This document shows positions 53,191 to 64,000 of a DNA stretch of 64,000 nt, piece after piece; positions within the stretch are counted from its first letter, which is position 1, and every line of letters starts with the position of its first letter. Location: contig CACEFF010000004.1 of NCBI GenBank assembly GCA_902558815.1, positions 25,798-89,797 on the forward strand, written 5' to 3'. A program made the position numbers and the translations under genes. The DNA is from an uncultured Pelagibacteraceae bacterium (GTDB lineage Bacteria > Pseudomonadota > Alphaproteobacteria > Pelagibacterales > Pelagibacteraceae). Under the pieces are notes generated by a model, which was given only the letters and a program-made list of their open reading frames with translations, was not told the DNA's origin and searched no databases.

Positions 53191-54982
53191 TTTTCAAAAC
53201 ACCTATAAAAGCTTCTTGAGGAATTTCTACTCTTCCAAATTGTTTTGATCTTGCTTTACCTTTTTTTTGCTTTTCTAATAATTTTCGCTTTCTATCAGTT
53301 GCGCCACCGCCATGAATTTTGGTGAGTACATCTTTTTTGAACCCTTTAATTGTTTCCCTAGCAATAATTTTTCCTCCAATAGCTGCTTGTAATGGTATCA
53401 TAAAATTATGTCTTGGAATTAAATCTTTCAATTTTTCACAAACTTCTCTACCAGTTTTCTGAGCAAAATCTTTATGAATCATCATAGCTAATGCATCAAC
53501 AGGCTCACTATTAACTAAAATTCCAAGTTTAACTAAATCTCCTTCTCTATGTTCAAGTATTTCATAATCAAAACTAGCATATCCGCTTGTCATAGATTTA
53601 ATTCTATCATTAAAATCAAATACAACCTCATTTAATGGAAGTTCATAAGTTAATACTGCTCTATTTCCTGAGTAGCTTAAATTAGTTTGAACTCCTCTTT
53701 TATCCTGACACATTTTAATTATTGATCCTAAATATTGATCTGGAGTGATGATAGTGGCTTTAATCCATGGTTCTTCTATAAATTTGATTAATGTGGGGTC
53801 AGGAAGACTTGATGGATTTTGTAAATCTAAAATGTCTCCATTATTTAAGTTTACTTTATAAACAACTCCAGGTGTTGTTGTGAGTAAATTAACATCAAAT
53901 TCTCTCTCTAATCTTTCAGTAATTATTTCAAGATGAAGCAATCCTAAAAAACCACACCTAAAACCCAAGCCTAATGCAGATGAGGACTCAGCCTCATAAG
54001 AAAAGCTTGCATCATTTAATTGTAATTTAGCCAATCCATCCTTTAATTTTTGATATTCTGAACTATCAACAGGAAATAGTCCGCAAAACACTACTGGTTT
54101 ACTTGGCTTAAAGCCAGGCAATGGATCAATAGATGGTTTAGATGCTTCACAAATTGTATCCCCAACTTTTGTTTCTGATAAAACTTTAATCCCAGTTGTT
54201 ATAAATCCTATTTCACCAGTATTTAATTCCTCAATATCTTTTGCTTTTGGAGTAAATACACCTACTTTTTCAACAACATAATCTTGATTTGTTGAAAGCA
54301 TTTTAATTTTCATATTCTTTTTTATCTTTCCATTTATTATTCTAACTAAAATTACTACACCGAGGTAAGTATCATACCAGCTGTCTACTAGTAGACATTT
54401 TAGGTCCTCACCTGTATTTCCTTTTGGACCAGGTAATTTATTAATGATTTGCTCTAAAATTTCATCTATACCTTCTCCTGTTTTACCAGAACATGGAACT
54501 GCCGATCCTGTATCTATACCAATTACATCCTCTATTTGCTTTTTTGTTCTTTCTAAATCTGATGCTGGCAAATCTATTTTATTCAAAACAGGAATTATTT
54601 CGTGATTAATGTCTAGAGCTTGGTAAACATTAGCCAATGTTTGTGCTTCTACTCCTTGGGTACTATCAACAATCAATATAGATCCCTCACACGCATAAAG
54701 TGATCTACTTACCTCATAACTAAAATCTACATGGCCTGGAGTATCAATTATATTAAAAATATAATTTTTTCCACTTTTTGATTTATAGTTTAGTTTTACA
54801 GTTTGGGCTTTGATAGTTATGCCCCTTTCCCTTTCTATATCCATAGAGTCAAGGACTTGAGCTTTCATTTCTCTTTCAGTTAAACCACCACACTTATGAA
54901 TAATTCTGTCGGCTATTGTTGATTTGCCATGATCAATATGAGCAATGATTGCAAAGTTCCTTATATAATCAATAGTGCTCAT
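53174..54982 (-). CDS. lepA: Elongation factor 4 (LepA)
   Basis: [38 protein letters not shown]. Confidence 0.97.
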   Translation of the reverse strand: MSTIDYIRNFAIIAHIDHGKSTIADRIIHKCGGLTEREMKAQVLDSMDIERERGITIKAQTVKLNYKSKSGKNYIFNIIDTPGHVDFSYEVSRSLYACEGSILIVDSTQGVEAQTLANVYQALDINHEIIPVLNKIDLPASDLERTKKQIEDVIGIDTGSAVPCSGKTGEGIDEILEQIINKLPGPKGNTGEDLKCLLVDSWYDTYLGVVILVRIINGKIKKNMKIKMLSTNQDYVVEKVGVFTPKAKDIEELNTGEIGFITTGIKVLSETKVGDTICEASKPSIDPLPGFKPSKPVVFCGLFPVDSSEYQKLKDGLAKLQLNDASFSYEAESSSALGLGFRCGFLGLLHLEIITERLEREFDVNLLTTTPGVVYKVNLNNGDILDLQNPSSLPDPTLIKFIEEPWIKATIITPDQYLGSIIKMCQDKRGVQTNLSYSGNRAVLTYELPLNEVVFDFNDRIKSMTSGYASFDYEILEHREGDLVKLGILVNSEPVDALAMMIHKDFAQKTGREVCEKLKDLIPRHNFMIPLQAAIGGKIIARETIKGFKKDVLTKIHGGGATDRKRKLLEKQKKGKARSKQFGRVEIPQEAFIGVLKINKDQ

Positions 54983-54991
54983 TATAATTTT

Positions 54992-57400
54992 TTATGTTCG
55001 AATTTTAGCACCAGTTTTATTTTCTACAGTTTCAATAATTAATTGATTTATTTTTTCTAAATCACTATCTTTTAAGGTTTTTTCGAATGACTGAATTGTT
55101 ACATTAATTGCTACTGATTTTTGATTTTCTGGAATCTTCTCACCTTCATAAGAGTCAAAAACTTTTATATTACTAATTAAATTATGATCCACACTAGAAA
55201 TAGCGTTTACTAAATCTTGAACATTAACATCATTATTAATTATAAATGCAAAATCTCTCTCTGATTTTTGGTAATCTGAAACAATAAATCTTTTTTTTTG
55301 ATCATTTAATGTTTTTTTTGAGAGTTTTAAATTATCTAGAAAAATTTCAAAACCTACTAGTGACTCAGTCTTCATGTCAATCTTTTTGATTATATTAGGA
55401 TGAATCTCACCAAAGTAAGCAGCTACTTTATTTTTTTCTTTATTTAAAAATAACCTACCAGATTTACCAGGATGATAATAATTTGGAGTTTCATTATCCG
55501 TAAAAAATTCATCTGAATTATAACCAGCCTCAACTAAAGTTTGAACTACATCTCTTTTAACGTCAAATACATCAATATTTCTTTCTTTCTCAATCCAAGA
55601 TAATCTCGATTTTTTACCTGCTGACAAACCACAGACTACTGTATTTTGCTCACCTGGATCTGAGCCAGTAAAAATAGGTCCTATTTCAAATATTGATAAA
55701 TCCTTAAAACCTCTGTCTATATTTTTACTTATATACATAATTAAATTTGAGAATATTGAATTTCTTAAAACTCCTAAATCTGAACTTATAGGGTTCAAAA
55801 TTTTAATTTCTTTTTTTTTGTCTTTAAAGTAATCATTATAATTGGAGTCTGCGAAAGACCATGTGATTGCTTCCAAATAACCTTTTGATGCAATTGATCT
55901 TTGTAAAAAATGGAATAACTTTTGAGATTGAGTAAGAGTAGATTTGGTTCTTTCTTTAATAGGGTCTATAATTTTTATTTTATCATAGCCAATAATTCTT
56001 ACTAATTCTTCAACTATATCTATCTCTTGAGAAATGTCAGGTCTCCAGGATGGAATATTCAATTTAAAATAATTTTTTTCTTTTTTAGCATTAAAACCAA
56101 GACTATCTAAAATTTTTAACATTTCTTTGATAGAAATTTTAAAGCCAGATATCTTTTCAAATAAAGCAGGGTTAAATTTAATAATTTTGGTTTTAAAAGT
56201 TTTAATTTTTTGAATATCCACTTTACTAATTTCGCCACCACATATTTCTTTAATTAATAAAGCTGCTTTATTTAATCCATCTTCAATAGATAATGGATCA
56301 ATTCCTCTTTCGAATCTAAATTTTGCATCTGTGTCGATATTCAATTTTTTTGCAGTATTTCTTATTGATCTAGGCTCAAAATAAGCTGACTCTAATAAAA
56401 TATTTTTTGTATTTAGTTCTGTCCCTGATCTTGTTCCTCCAATAATACCTCCTAATCCTAAAACACCTTTGTAATCACTAATTACGCACATATTATTTTC
56501 TAATTTGTAATGTTTATTATCTAAAGCTGTAAATTCCTCTCCTGATTTAGAGTTTCTAACTATTATGCCTTTTTCAATTTTATCTAAATCATATGCATGC
56601 AATGGACGATTTATATCAAGCATAACATAGTTTGTAATATCAACTATTGCTGAAATTGGTTTTTGACCAATTGAAATCAATTTACTTTTAAGCCATTTAG
56701 GACTTTCAGTATTTTTTACATTAGTAATTAAACAGCTTCCAAAAGCACTACATCCTTGGTTTTTTTCTTGATTAATTTTTACTTTAAAAGTTGGTCTTAT
56801 TTTTGATTTAATTTTTTTTTCCTTTAGATCCTTTAATTTTCCAAAACCTGAAGCAGCAAGATCTCTAGCTACTCCTCTAACTCCAAGACAATCAGGTCTA
56901 TTAGGTGTAATTGATAAATCTATAAGATTTGAATTGATCTTTGGAAAATAACACTTACCAATACTTTTTTCATATTTAGATTTTGATAATTCAACTATTC
57001 CATCACTTTCATCTGACAAATTTAATTCAGATTTAGAACAAAGCATTCCATAAGAAGTAACACCTCTTATATTAGCTACTTCTAGTTTTGTTTTTGTTTT
57101 TGGGACTGTCGCCCCAGGAGGAGCATATATAGTAATTAATCCTTCTTTTGCATTTGTTGCACCACATACAACTTTTTTAAGGTTTTTTTCTCCAATGCTG
57201 ACATCACAAATTTTAAGTCTATCTGCATTTGGATGTTTTTCTGTTTTTATAATTTTTGCTACTTTAAACAACTCTTTTCCATAAGATAAACTTTGTAAAC
57301 TTTCGACTTCTAGGCCAATGTTAGTAAGTTGTGTTATAAGATTTTCTTCTTTAAAATTTGTCTTCAAATGATCTTTCAGCCAATCAAATGTGATTTTCAT
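54992..57400 (-). CDS. pheT: Phenylalanine-tRNA ligase beta subunit
   Basis: HPNADRL, VVCGA, ITPNRPD, RFERG, PSWRPDI, RDFAF. Confidence 0.96.
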   Translation of the reverse strand: MKITFDWLKDHLKTNFKEENLITQLTNIGLEVESLQSLSYGKELFKVAKIIKTEKHPNADRLKICDVSIGEKNLKKVVCGATNAKEGLITIYAPPGATVPKTKTKLEVANIRGVTSYGMLCSKSELNLSDESDGIVELSKSKYEKSIGKCYFPKINSNLIDLSITPNRPDCLGVRGVARDLAASGFGKLKDLKEKKIKSKIRPTFKVKINQEKNQGCSAFGSCLITNVKNTESPKWLKSKLISIGQKPISAIVDITNYVMLDINRPLHAYDLDKIEKGIIVRNSKSGEEFTALDNKHYKLENNMCVISDYKGVLGLGGIIGGTRSGTELNTKNILLESAYFEPRSIRNTAKKLNIDTDAKFRFERGIDPLSIEDGLNKAALLIKEICGGEISKVDIQKIKTFKTKIIKFNPALFEKISGFKISIKEMLKILDSLGFNAKKEKNYFKLNIPSWRPDISQEIDIVEELVRIIGYDKIKIIDPIKERTKSTLTQSQKLFHFLQRSIASKGYLEAITWSFADSNYNDYFKDKKKEIKILNPISSDLGVLRNSIFSNLIMYISKNIDRGFKDLSIFEIGPIFTGSDPGEQNTVVCGLSAGKKSRLSWIEKERNIDVFDVKRDVVQTLVEAGYNSDEFFTDNETPNYYHPGKSGRLFLNKEKNKVAAYFGEIHPNIIKKIDMKTESLVGFEIFLDNLKLSKKTLNDQKKRFIVSDYQKSERDFAFIINNDVNVQDLVNAISSVDHNLISNIKVFDSYEGEKIPENQKSVAINVTIQSFEKTLKDSDLEKINQLIIETVENKTGAKIRT

Positions 57401-58464
57401 CTACTTAAGCCTCTATAATTTGTTGGTACATCTAAAGGATCAAATCCAAAATGATTTAACCATCTGTAATCGCAATCAAAGAAGGCTCTTAAATCATTAA
57501 TTCCATATTTTAACATTGCCAGTCTGTCAATTCCAATCCCAAATGCATATCCCTGAAACTTAGTTGGATCAACTTTTACATTTTTTAAAACGTTTGGATG
57601 GACCATTCCGCATCCTAAAATTTCAAGCCATTGATCGCCTTCACCTATTATTATTTTTCCATCTTTCATTTCATACCCAATATCGACTTCTGCAGATGGT
57701 TCAGTAAAAGGAAAATGGCTTGGTCTAAATCTCATTTTAATTTTTTTTACTTCAAAAAATTCTTTTACAAAATAATTTAAACAACCTTTAAGGTGACCCA
57801 TGTTTAATTCTTGGTCGATATGAAGACCTTCAACTTGATGAAACATTGGTGCATGAGTTTGATCACTATCTGACCTGTAAGTTCTTCCAGGAGCAATAAT
57901 CTTAAATGGTGGTTTATCTTTTAACATAGTTCTAATTTGAACTGGTGACGTATGGGTACGTAATAGTTTTTCTTTTTTTTCGTCAAGATAGAATGTATCG
58001 TGCATATCTCTTGCGGGGTGGTTATCAGGTGTATTTAAGGCTGTAAAATTATTATACTCATTTTCAACGTCTGGCCCTTCTTCTATGCTAAAACCTATTT
58101 CAGAAAAAATGGATGATATCTCATCAATTGTTTGAGATACTGGATGAATTTTACCTCTCACAAATGGTCTTTCAGGCAAAGTGATATCAATTTTTTCTTT
58201 TTCTAACCTTTGGTTAATTTCAGCATTTTCAATTTCATTCATTTTTGAATTAATTAAATCTTGCAACTCATCTTTAATAACATTTAGATCAGAGGCAAAT
58301 TTTTTTCTTTCAGTCTCTGCAATAGTTCCTATTTTTTTGAATTGTAACGAAAGCACTCCATTTTTCCCGAATAAATCTGACTTTATTTGATTTATTTCTG
58401 AAAGATTTAATTTCACTTTTAATTTTGATAGATATTCATCTTTTATTTTTTTTAGATCTGACAT
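57397..58464 (-). CDS. pheS: Phenylalanine-tRNA ligase alpha subunit
   Basis: [34 protein letters not shown]. Confidence 0.97.
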   Translation of the reverse strand: MSDLKKIKDEYLSKLKVKLNLSEINQIKSDLFGKNGVLSLQFKKIGTIAETERKKFASDLNVIKDELQDLINSKMNEIENAEINQRLEKEKIDITLPERPFVRGKIHPVSQTIDEISSIFSEIGFSIEEGPDVENEYNNFTALNTPDNHPARDMHDTFYLDEKKEKLLRTHTSPVQIRTMLKDKPPFKIIAPGRTYRSDSDQTHAPMFHQVEGLHIDQELNMGHLKGCLNYFVKEFFEVKKIKMRFRPSHFPFTEPSAEVDIGYEMKDGKIIIGEGDQWLEILGCGMVHPNVLKNVKVDPTKFQGYAFGIGIDRLAMLKYGINDLRAFFDCDYRWLNHFGFDPLDVPTNYRGLSR

Positions 58465-58507
58465 TTTTACAGATTATTTACTCAGCGAAATAAAACAATA
58501 GTGAAGA

Positions 58508-58864
58508 TTAATTTAAAGCAGATTGTGCTTTTTGAACAATGGTTTTAAAGGCTTCTGGGCTATCGTACGCTATTTCAGCTAGAATTTTTCTATCAATTTT
58601 TATTCCACATTTATTTAATCCAAAAATAAACTTAGAATAAGTTAAACCCTCAGCCCTTACCCCAGCGTTGATTCTTTGTATCCAAAGGGACTTGAAGTCT
58701 CTTTTTTTGTTTCTACGATCTCTGTAAGCATATTGCATTGCTTTTTCCATCGCTTGCTTAGCAACTCTAATTGTATTCTTCCTTCTGCCCCATTGTCCTT
58801 TGACAGCTTTTAAAACCTTTTTATGTTTTGCTCGGCTAGTAACACCTCTTTTGACTCTTGCCAT
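58508..58864 (-). CDS. rplT: 50S ribosomal protein L20
   Basis: MARVKRG, YAYRDRR.KKR.F..LWI.RINA. Confidence 0.97.
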   Translation of the reverse strand: MARVKRGVTSRAKHKKVLKAVKGQWGRRKNTIRVAKQAMEKAMQYAYRDRRNKKRDFKSLWIQRINAGVRAEGLTYSKFIFGLNKCGIKIDRKILAEIAYDSPEAFKTIVQKAQSALN

Positions 58865-58865
58865 T

Positions 58866-59072
58866 TTAACCTCTTAAACTGTAAGGCATATACGATTTTA
58901 CGATTTTTCCGTCTTGTTTTGACATTGTGGTTGTGCCTCTTAATTTTCTAATTTGTGAATTTGTTCTTTTAATCATACCATGTCTCTTTCCAGCTTGGGC
59001 CATTATTACTTTTCCCCTAGCAGATATTTTAAACCTTTTTTTTGCAGAGCTTTTTGTTTTAAGTTTTGGCAT
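58866..59072 (-). CDS. rpmI: 50S ribosomal protein L35
   Basis: [15 protein letters not shown]. Confidence 0.96.
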   Translation of the reverse strand: MPKLKTKSSAKKRFKISARGKVIMAQAGKRHGMIKRTNSQIRKLRGTTTMSKQDGKIVKSYMPYSLRG

Positions 59073-59125
59073 AATTGAGCGAGTTTATACAAAGAATGTA
59101 ATAAGTTTACAACTAATATTAAAGC

Positions 59126-59671
59126 TTATAAAGGCTGAATTACCATGATCATTTGCTTACCGTCAAACTTGGGGTGTAATTCTACCTTACCAATATCTTT
59201 CATGTCCTCCTTAATTTTAGTCATAAGTTCGTTTCCTAAATGAGAGTGTTGAAGTTCCCGACCCTTAAATCTTATTGTGAATTTAACCTTATCTCCTTTA
59301 GCAATAAACTTTTTAGCATTTTTAACCTTAAACTCATAATCATGCGTTTCTGTTACAGGTCTCATCTTAATTTCCTTCAGTGCAATAATTTTTTGTTTTT
59401 TTTTTGCTAGATTAGCTTTTTTTTGGGCATCATATTTAAATTTTCCCATATCCATAATTTTACAAACAGGAGGGTTGGCATTTGGTGCTATTTCAATTAA
59501 ATCTAAACCTTGATTTTTAGCCTGGGATATAGCTTCATTTGTATTTAAAACTCCCAAGTTTTCTCCATCACTAGCAATTACTTGAACCTCTGGTGATGAA
59601 ATCCTATTATTAGATCTTGGACCACGATCTTTAGTTCTTCTCTGAAAATAATTTTGTTTAAAATCTGCCAC
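59126..59671 (-). CDS. infC: Translation initiation factor IF-3
   Basis: LDLIEIAP...PPVCKIMD.GKF, KEIK.RP, GDKVK, FKGRE; GTG start. Confidence 0.96.
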   Translation of the reverse strand: MADFKQNYFQRRTKDRGPRSNNRISSPEVQVIASDGENLGVLNTNEAISQAKNQGLDLIEIAPNANPPVCKIMDMGKFKYDAQKKANLAKKKQKIIALKEIKMRPVTETHDYEFKVKNAKKFIAKGDKVKFTIRFKGRELQHSHLGNELMTKIKEDMKDIGKVELHPKFDGKQMIMVIQPL

Positions 59672-61588
59672 TTAATTTGATGATGCTTTGTTCAAAGCAG
59701 AGAATTTTTTTAAGAATTTATTTAGTTCCATATTTTCTTGTTTGTCAGAGTCCATTCTTCTAATGGTTACTGAGTTACTGTCAACTTCTTTTTTACCACA
59801 AATTAATAAAAGAGGGACTTTTGCTAGTGAATGTTCTCTAATTTTATAATTCAAATTGTGATTTTTTAAATCAACAATTGAACTTATACCGGCTTCTTTA
59901 ATTTTTTTAGATACCTCTTTTGCATAGTCCTCAAAGTCTTCTGAGATAGGAATAACAACTGTCTGTAATGGGGAAATCCAAAATGGAAATTTCCCAGCAT
60001 AATTTTCAATTAATATTCCAATAAACCTTTCAAGAGAACCAAACAATGCTCTATGCAACATCACAGGAATTTTTTTTGTTCCATCTTTATCTATATATGA
60101 TGCACCTAATCTACCAGGTAGATTAAAATCAACTTGTAGTGTTCCACACTGCCAGTCTCTTCCTATTGCATCCCTTAAAACAAATTCTATTTTAGGTCCA
60201 TAGAATGCACCTTCACCCTTGTTTATACTATATTCTAATTTAGTTGCTTTTACAGCCTCTAACAAAGCATTCTCGGCCTTATCCCAAACACTATCATCTC
60301 CAACTCTTTTTTCTGGTCTATCTGAATATTTTAAAATCACATTTTCAAAACCTAAGTCTTTATAAATTTCTAAAATAAGATCTGTAACTATTAAACACTC
60401 TTTTGTAATTTGATCTTCAGTACAAAATATGTGAGCATCATCTTGTGTGAATGCTCTTACCCTCAACAACCCATGTAATGCCCCTGAAGGTTCATAACGA
60501 TGTACTTTTCCAAACTCAGACATCTTTAGTGGCAAATCTTTATAACTTTTAAGGCCTTGATTAAAAACTTCTATACAGCCTGGGCAGTTCATAGGTTTAA
60601 TTGCAAACACCTTTTCATCTGGTGTTGTTGAAGTATACATATTTGCTCCAAATTTTTCCCAGTGTCCAGATTTTTCCCATAGAGTTCTATCTAAAACCTC
60701 TGGAGTATTAATTTCCTTATATCCTGCAATCTCTTGTTTCATCCTCATATAATCGATTAATTTTTGAAACAATGCCCAACCTTTTTCATGCCAAAAAACA
60801 GATCCTGGGCTTTCTTCTCTAAAATGAAACAAATCCATTTCTTTACCTAATTTTCTATGATCTCTTTTTTCTGCTTCTTCAATTCTTTTTAAATAATTGT
60901 CTAAATCCTTCTGAGAAGCCCAGCTTGTTCCATATATTCTTTGGAGCATTTCATTATTTGAGTCCCCTCTCCAATAAGCTCCTGCAACTTTTGTAAGCTT
61001 AAAAAATTTACCTATTTTTCCTGTAGAAGATAGATGTGGACCCCTACATAAATCATGCCACGCACCATGAAAGTAAATTGACACCTCCTCGTTTTGAGGA
61101 ATACTCTCAATAAGTTCAGCTTTATATAATTCTCCCTTATTTTTAAAATGTTTTATTGCTTTATCTCTATCCCAAACTTCTCTTTTTGTCTTTTCATCTC
61201 GATCAACTATCTCTTTCATCTTTTCTTCAATCTTAGTTAGATCATCCTCAGTAAAAGGTTCCTTTCTGGCAAAATCGTAATAAAAACCGTTTTCTATAAC
61301 AGGTCCAATAGTAACTTGAGTTCCAGGAAACAGTTCTTGAACAGCCATAGCCAAAATATGAGCAGTATCGTGTCTTATTGTTTCAAGACCTTCCTCATTT
61401 TTTGAAGTTAATATTTTAATGGAACAATTTTTTTCAATTTGGAAATCTAAATCTTTTAACTCACCATCTACGCTTATTACCATAGCTTCTTTGGCTAATG
61501 ATTTGCTGATTTTTTCAGCTACATCTAGTCCTGTGACTTTATTTGGAAAGTCGAAGCTGTTTCCATCTGGTAATGTAATTGTTGGCAT
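59672..61588 (-). CDS. thrS: Threonine-tRNA ligase
   Basis: RHDTAH, DLCRGPH, RDHRKLG, KPMNCP, FTQDDAH, FYGPK. Confidence 0.97.
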   Translation of the reverse strand: MPTITLPDGNSFDFPNKVTGLDVAEKISKSLAKEAMVISVDGELKDLDFQIEKNCSIKILTSKNEEGLETIRHDTAHILAMAVQELFPGTQVTIGPVIENGFYYDFARKEPFTEDDLTKIEEKMKEIVDRDEKTKREVWDRDKAIKHFKNKGELYKAELIESIPQNEEVSIYFHGAWHDLCRGPHLSSTGKIGKFFKLTKVAGAYWRGDSNNEMLQRIYGTSWASQKDLDNYLKRIEEAEKRDHRKLGKEMDLFHFREESPGSVFWHEKGWALFQKLIDYMRMKQEIAGYKEINTPEVLDRTLWEKSGHWEKFGANMYTSTTPDEKVFAIKPMNCPGCIEVFNQGLKSYKDLPLKMSEFGKVHRYEPSGALHGLLRVRAFTQDDAHIFCTEDQITKECLIVTDLILEIYKDLGFENVILKYSDRPEKRVGDDSVWDKAENALLEAVKATKLEYSINKGEGAFYGPKIEFVLRDAIGRDWQCGTLQVDFNLPGRLGASYIDKDGTKKIPVMLHRALFGSLERFIGILIENYAGKFPFWISPLQTVVIPISEDFEDYAKEVSKKIKEAGISSIVDLKNHNLNYKIREHSLAKVPLLLICGKKEVDSNSVTIRRMDSDKQENMELNKFLKKFSALNKASSN

Positions 61589-62743
61589 TTAATTTACTAA
61601 TCTTTTATACTCTGAATAAGTAGAAAAACACATTTTTTCAACATTAAATTTCTTTATTACGTTTTTTCTTCCCTCTTTACCCATTAATTTAAGGGATGTT
61701 TCATCCATTGTTATTGATTGAATAATTTTTTTACTCAAGGAATTAGCATCCCCAGCCTCAAATAAAAATCCAGTTTTTTCATTTATTATTGTTTCATTTG
61801 AACCACCAATATTACTTGCTATTATTAATTTTTCCATAGATTGTGCCTCAACAGCGACTCTGCCAAAGGCCTCTGGCTCTATAGAAGGCGAGATAACAAT
61901 ATCTGAGACTTGATAGGCCAAAGCCATATCTTTACAATGATTTATAAATTTGATTTGATTAGTTAAGCGATATTGTTCAGTGATACGGATCAATTTTTTT
62001 TTATATAAATCCCTCCCTTGATCACTCCCCAAAATAATAAGATGAAAAGCTTCATAACCTAATTCAACTTTTGTTAAATTAATTGCCTCAATAAGCATTT
62101 CCTGTCCTTTCCAGGGAGTAAGTCTACCAGGTACTAAAATAATTTTTTTTTCTTTATCAATCTCCCATTTTTTTAGAAGTTTTTTTTCGTCTTCCTCTAA
62201 TTTCGAAGATGGATCAAAATAGTCTACATTTATACCTCTAAATATAACAAGAAATTTTTTTTTAAGTTTTAAAAGGTCAGAATAATTTTCTTTAATATGA
62301 GAAAATATAAAATTTGACCCAGCTATTACTAAATCTGATCTAACCATAATAGAATTATAAAGTTTTTTTAATTTGCCATTAAAATTATAAGTACCATGAA
62401 ATGTAGTTACAAATTTTCTTCTAGTCAATTTTGTTGCTAAAAGACATGACCATGCTGGAGCACGACTCCTTGCATGAACTATTGTAATATTAAAAAATAA
62501 GATTATTCCAATTAAAAATATTGAGTTTAAAAATATTAAAATAGGATTCTTACTATGAACAGGTAGCCTAATTAGTTTTACTTTTTCTTTATCTATAAAC
62601 TTTGTTAATTCACCACCGCTCGTAACAATAAAAGATTTACAATTATTTTCTGGTAAATAATGTGCAATATCATAACAACCAGTTTCTGCTCCTCCATATC
62701 CTAATCTTGGTATTACCTGTAAAACTTTTATATTAGACGACAT
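61589..62743 (-). CDS. Glycosyltransferase family 4 protein
   Basis: GGAE, HARSRAPAW, PGRLTPWKGQ, PEAFGRVAVEAQ. Confidence 0.9.
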   Translation of the reverse strand: MSSNIKVLQVIPRLGYGGAETGCYDIAHYLPENNCKSFIVTSGGELTKFIDKEKVKLIRLPVHSKNPILIFLNSIFLIGIILFFNITIVHARSRAPAWSCLLATKLTRRKFVTTFHGTYNFNGKLKKLYNSIMVRSDLVIAGSNFIFSHIKENYSDLLKLKKKFLVIFRGINVDYFDPSSKLEEDEKKLLKKWEIDKEKKIILVPGRLTPWKGQEMLIEAINLTKVELGYEAFHLIILGSDQGRDLYKKKLIRITEQYRLTNQIKFINHCKDMALAYQVSDIVISPSIEPEAFGRVAVEAQSMEKLIIASNIGGSNETIINEKTGFLFEAGDANSLSKKIIQSITMDETSLKLMGKEGRKNVIKKFNVEKMCFSTYSEYKRLVN

Positions 62744-62785
62744 TAAATAAGATTATATAATATTAGATAAAACTAATAAACTTTA

Positions 62786-63532
62786 ATGACAAAATTTCAC
62801 TATTATAAATTAAGTAAAACAAAAAAAATTAGATATTTAAAAAATTATCAAAAAAACCATGACTATATTGTTTTTTTACACGGATTTATGTCGGATTTAG
62901 AGGGTAAAAAACCTAAAACATTTTTAAGCTTTGCTAAAAAAAATAAATTGGGCTTTTTAGCATTAGAATATTCTGGCCATGGAAAATCATCTGGAAAATT
63001 TACAAATAGTAATATTTCAAAATGGACTAAAGAAACAAGTTTATTAATAAAAAGAATAGTTAAAAAAAATAGGATTATTCTGGTGGGGTCAAGTATGGGT
63101 GCGTGGATTTCTTTAAATCAATTTAAATTTTTTGAAAAACAAATAATAGGATTTTTGGGCATTGGTTCTGCCCCAGAATTTTTAGAAAATTTAATGTGGA
63201 AAAAATTTTCAAATAAAATAAAAAATGAAATAATTAAAAAAGGTATTTATAATTTAAAACATGGAGATTATATTTATCCTATAAGCTTTCAGTTAATTAA
63301 AGATGGCAGAAAAAATAAAGTTTTAAATAAAAAATTTAAATCAAAAATTAAAGTAACCATGATACATGGTAAAAAAGATGAAGTTGTTCCCGTTTCTTAT
63401 TCTAGAAAAGTTTTAAAAATATTTAAAAATGCAAAAAAAAAGTTAGTTATTATAAACAGTGGTGATCATAGTTTGTCTAAACCAAAATGGTTAAAATTGA
63501 TAAAAAAAGAACTTAAACTTATTACTAACTAA
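62786..63532 (+). CDS. Alpha/beta hydrolase (ABHD10-like)
   Basis: FLHGF.SD, YSGHGKS, GSSMG nucleophile motif, HG..D, GDHSLS. Confidence 0.88.
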   Translation: MTKFHYYKLSKTKKIRYLKNYQKNHDYIVFLHGFMSDLEGKKPKTFLSFAKKNKLGFLALEYSGHGKSSGKFTNSNISKWTKETSLLIKRIVKKNRIILVGSSMGAWISLNQFKFFEKQIIGFLGIGSAPEFLENLMWKKFSNKIKNEIIKKGIYNLKHGDYIYPISFQLIKDGRKNKVLNKKFKSKIKVTMIHGKKDEVVPVSYSRKVLKIFKNAKKKLVIINSGDHSLSKPKWLKLIKKELKLITN

Positions 63533-64000
63533 CTTCTTTGATTTTTGACTTTAATGTAATTGGATTTTTAAGTTTTTTAATCATTTCTTTTGGACAAACT
63601 TGAATAAAATTTTTTATTTCTTCATCAAAATTATGAATTATATCTTTTGATAATGAAGAGTTTGTTTCTTTAGAATGTTCTAAAACTAGTTTTCTTAAAA
63701 ATTTTGTCCAATGTTCTGTTTCGACATGTTGCCAAACTACTGACTCTTCGTTTACTTTTTTTTCAAATTCTTTAGATTTATCGTAAATAAATGCCATACC
63801 TCCCGTCATACCAGCAGCAAAATTGTCACCTACTTCTCCAAGAATAACTACGGTTCCTCCTGTCATATATTCGCATCCATTGGAATCACATCCTTCAATA
63901 ACAGCTGATGCACCAGAATTTCTTACTGCAAATCTATCTCCTGCTTGTCCAGCAGCAAAAAGATTACCAGATGTTGCACCATATAGGACAGTATTTCCAA
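63525..64000 (-). CDS. gltB: Glutamate synthase large subunit, C-terminal part (runs off window end)
   Basis: GNTVLYGATSG, AGDRFAVRNSG, GCEYMTGG, NFAAGMTGG (GXGXG domain). Confidence 0.94.
   Translation of the reverse strand, partial: GNTVLYGATSGNLFAAGQAGDRFAVRNSGASAVIEGCDSNGCEYMTGGTVVILGEVGDNFAAGMTGGMAFIYDKSKEFEKKVNEESVVWQHVETEHWTKFLRKLVLEHSKETNSSLSKDIIHNFDEEIKNFIQVCPKEMIKKLKNPITLKSKIKEVS

Overview
A very AT-rich, gene-dense bacterial chromosome segment with tiny or overlapping intergenic spacers. Gene order (gcrA-argD-argF, ihfB-pyrF-trpFBA-accD-folC, bolA/J-domain/cobST, regB) and a tRNA-His lacking G-1 indicate an alphaproteobacterium. The streamlining suggests Pelagibacterales (SAR11); this assignment is inference. 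The window is almost all core genome: amino-acid biosynthesis, LPS/Kdo, translation, gyrB (split by a 1-nt homopolymer frameshift) and four tRNAs (His-GTG, Phe-GAA, Thr-GGT, Ser-GGA). I found no integrase, transposase, prophage or CRISPR array. Best leads: (1) an rmuC + MGME1/phage-like PD-(D/E)XK exonuclease + exonuclease I cassette in the position upstream of trxA where alphaproteobacteria usually carry addB-addA; (2) an adjacent HDAC-family deacetylase + SET/post-SET methyltransferase pair appended to argB-dapD-dapE; (3) tRNA-His ending 4 nt before the hisS-hisZ-hisG start; (4) two tRNAs with non-canonical T-loops; (5) active-site substitutions in TrpB, ArgF and RegB; (6) several small ORFs missed by the ORF track.
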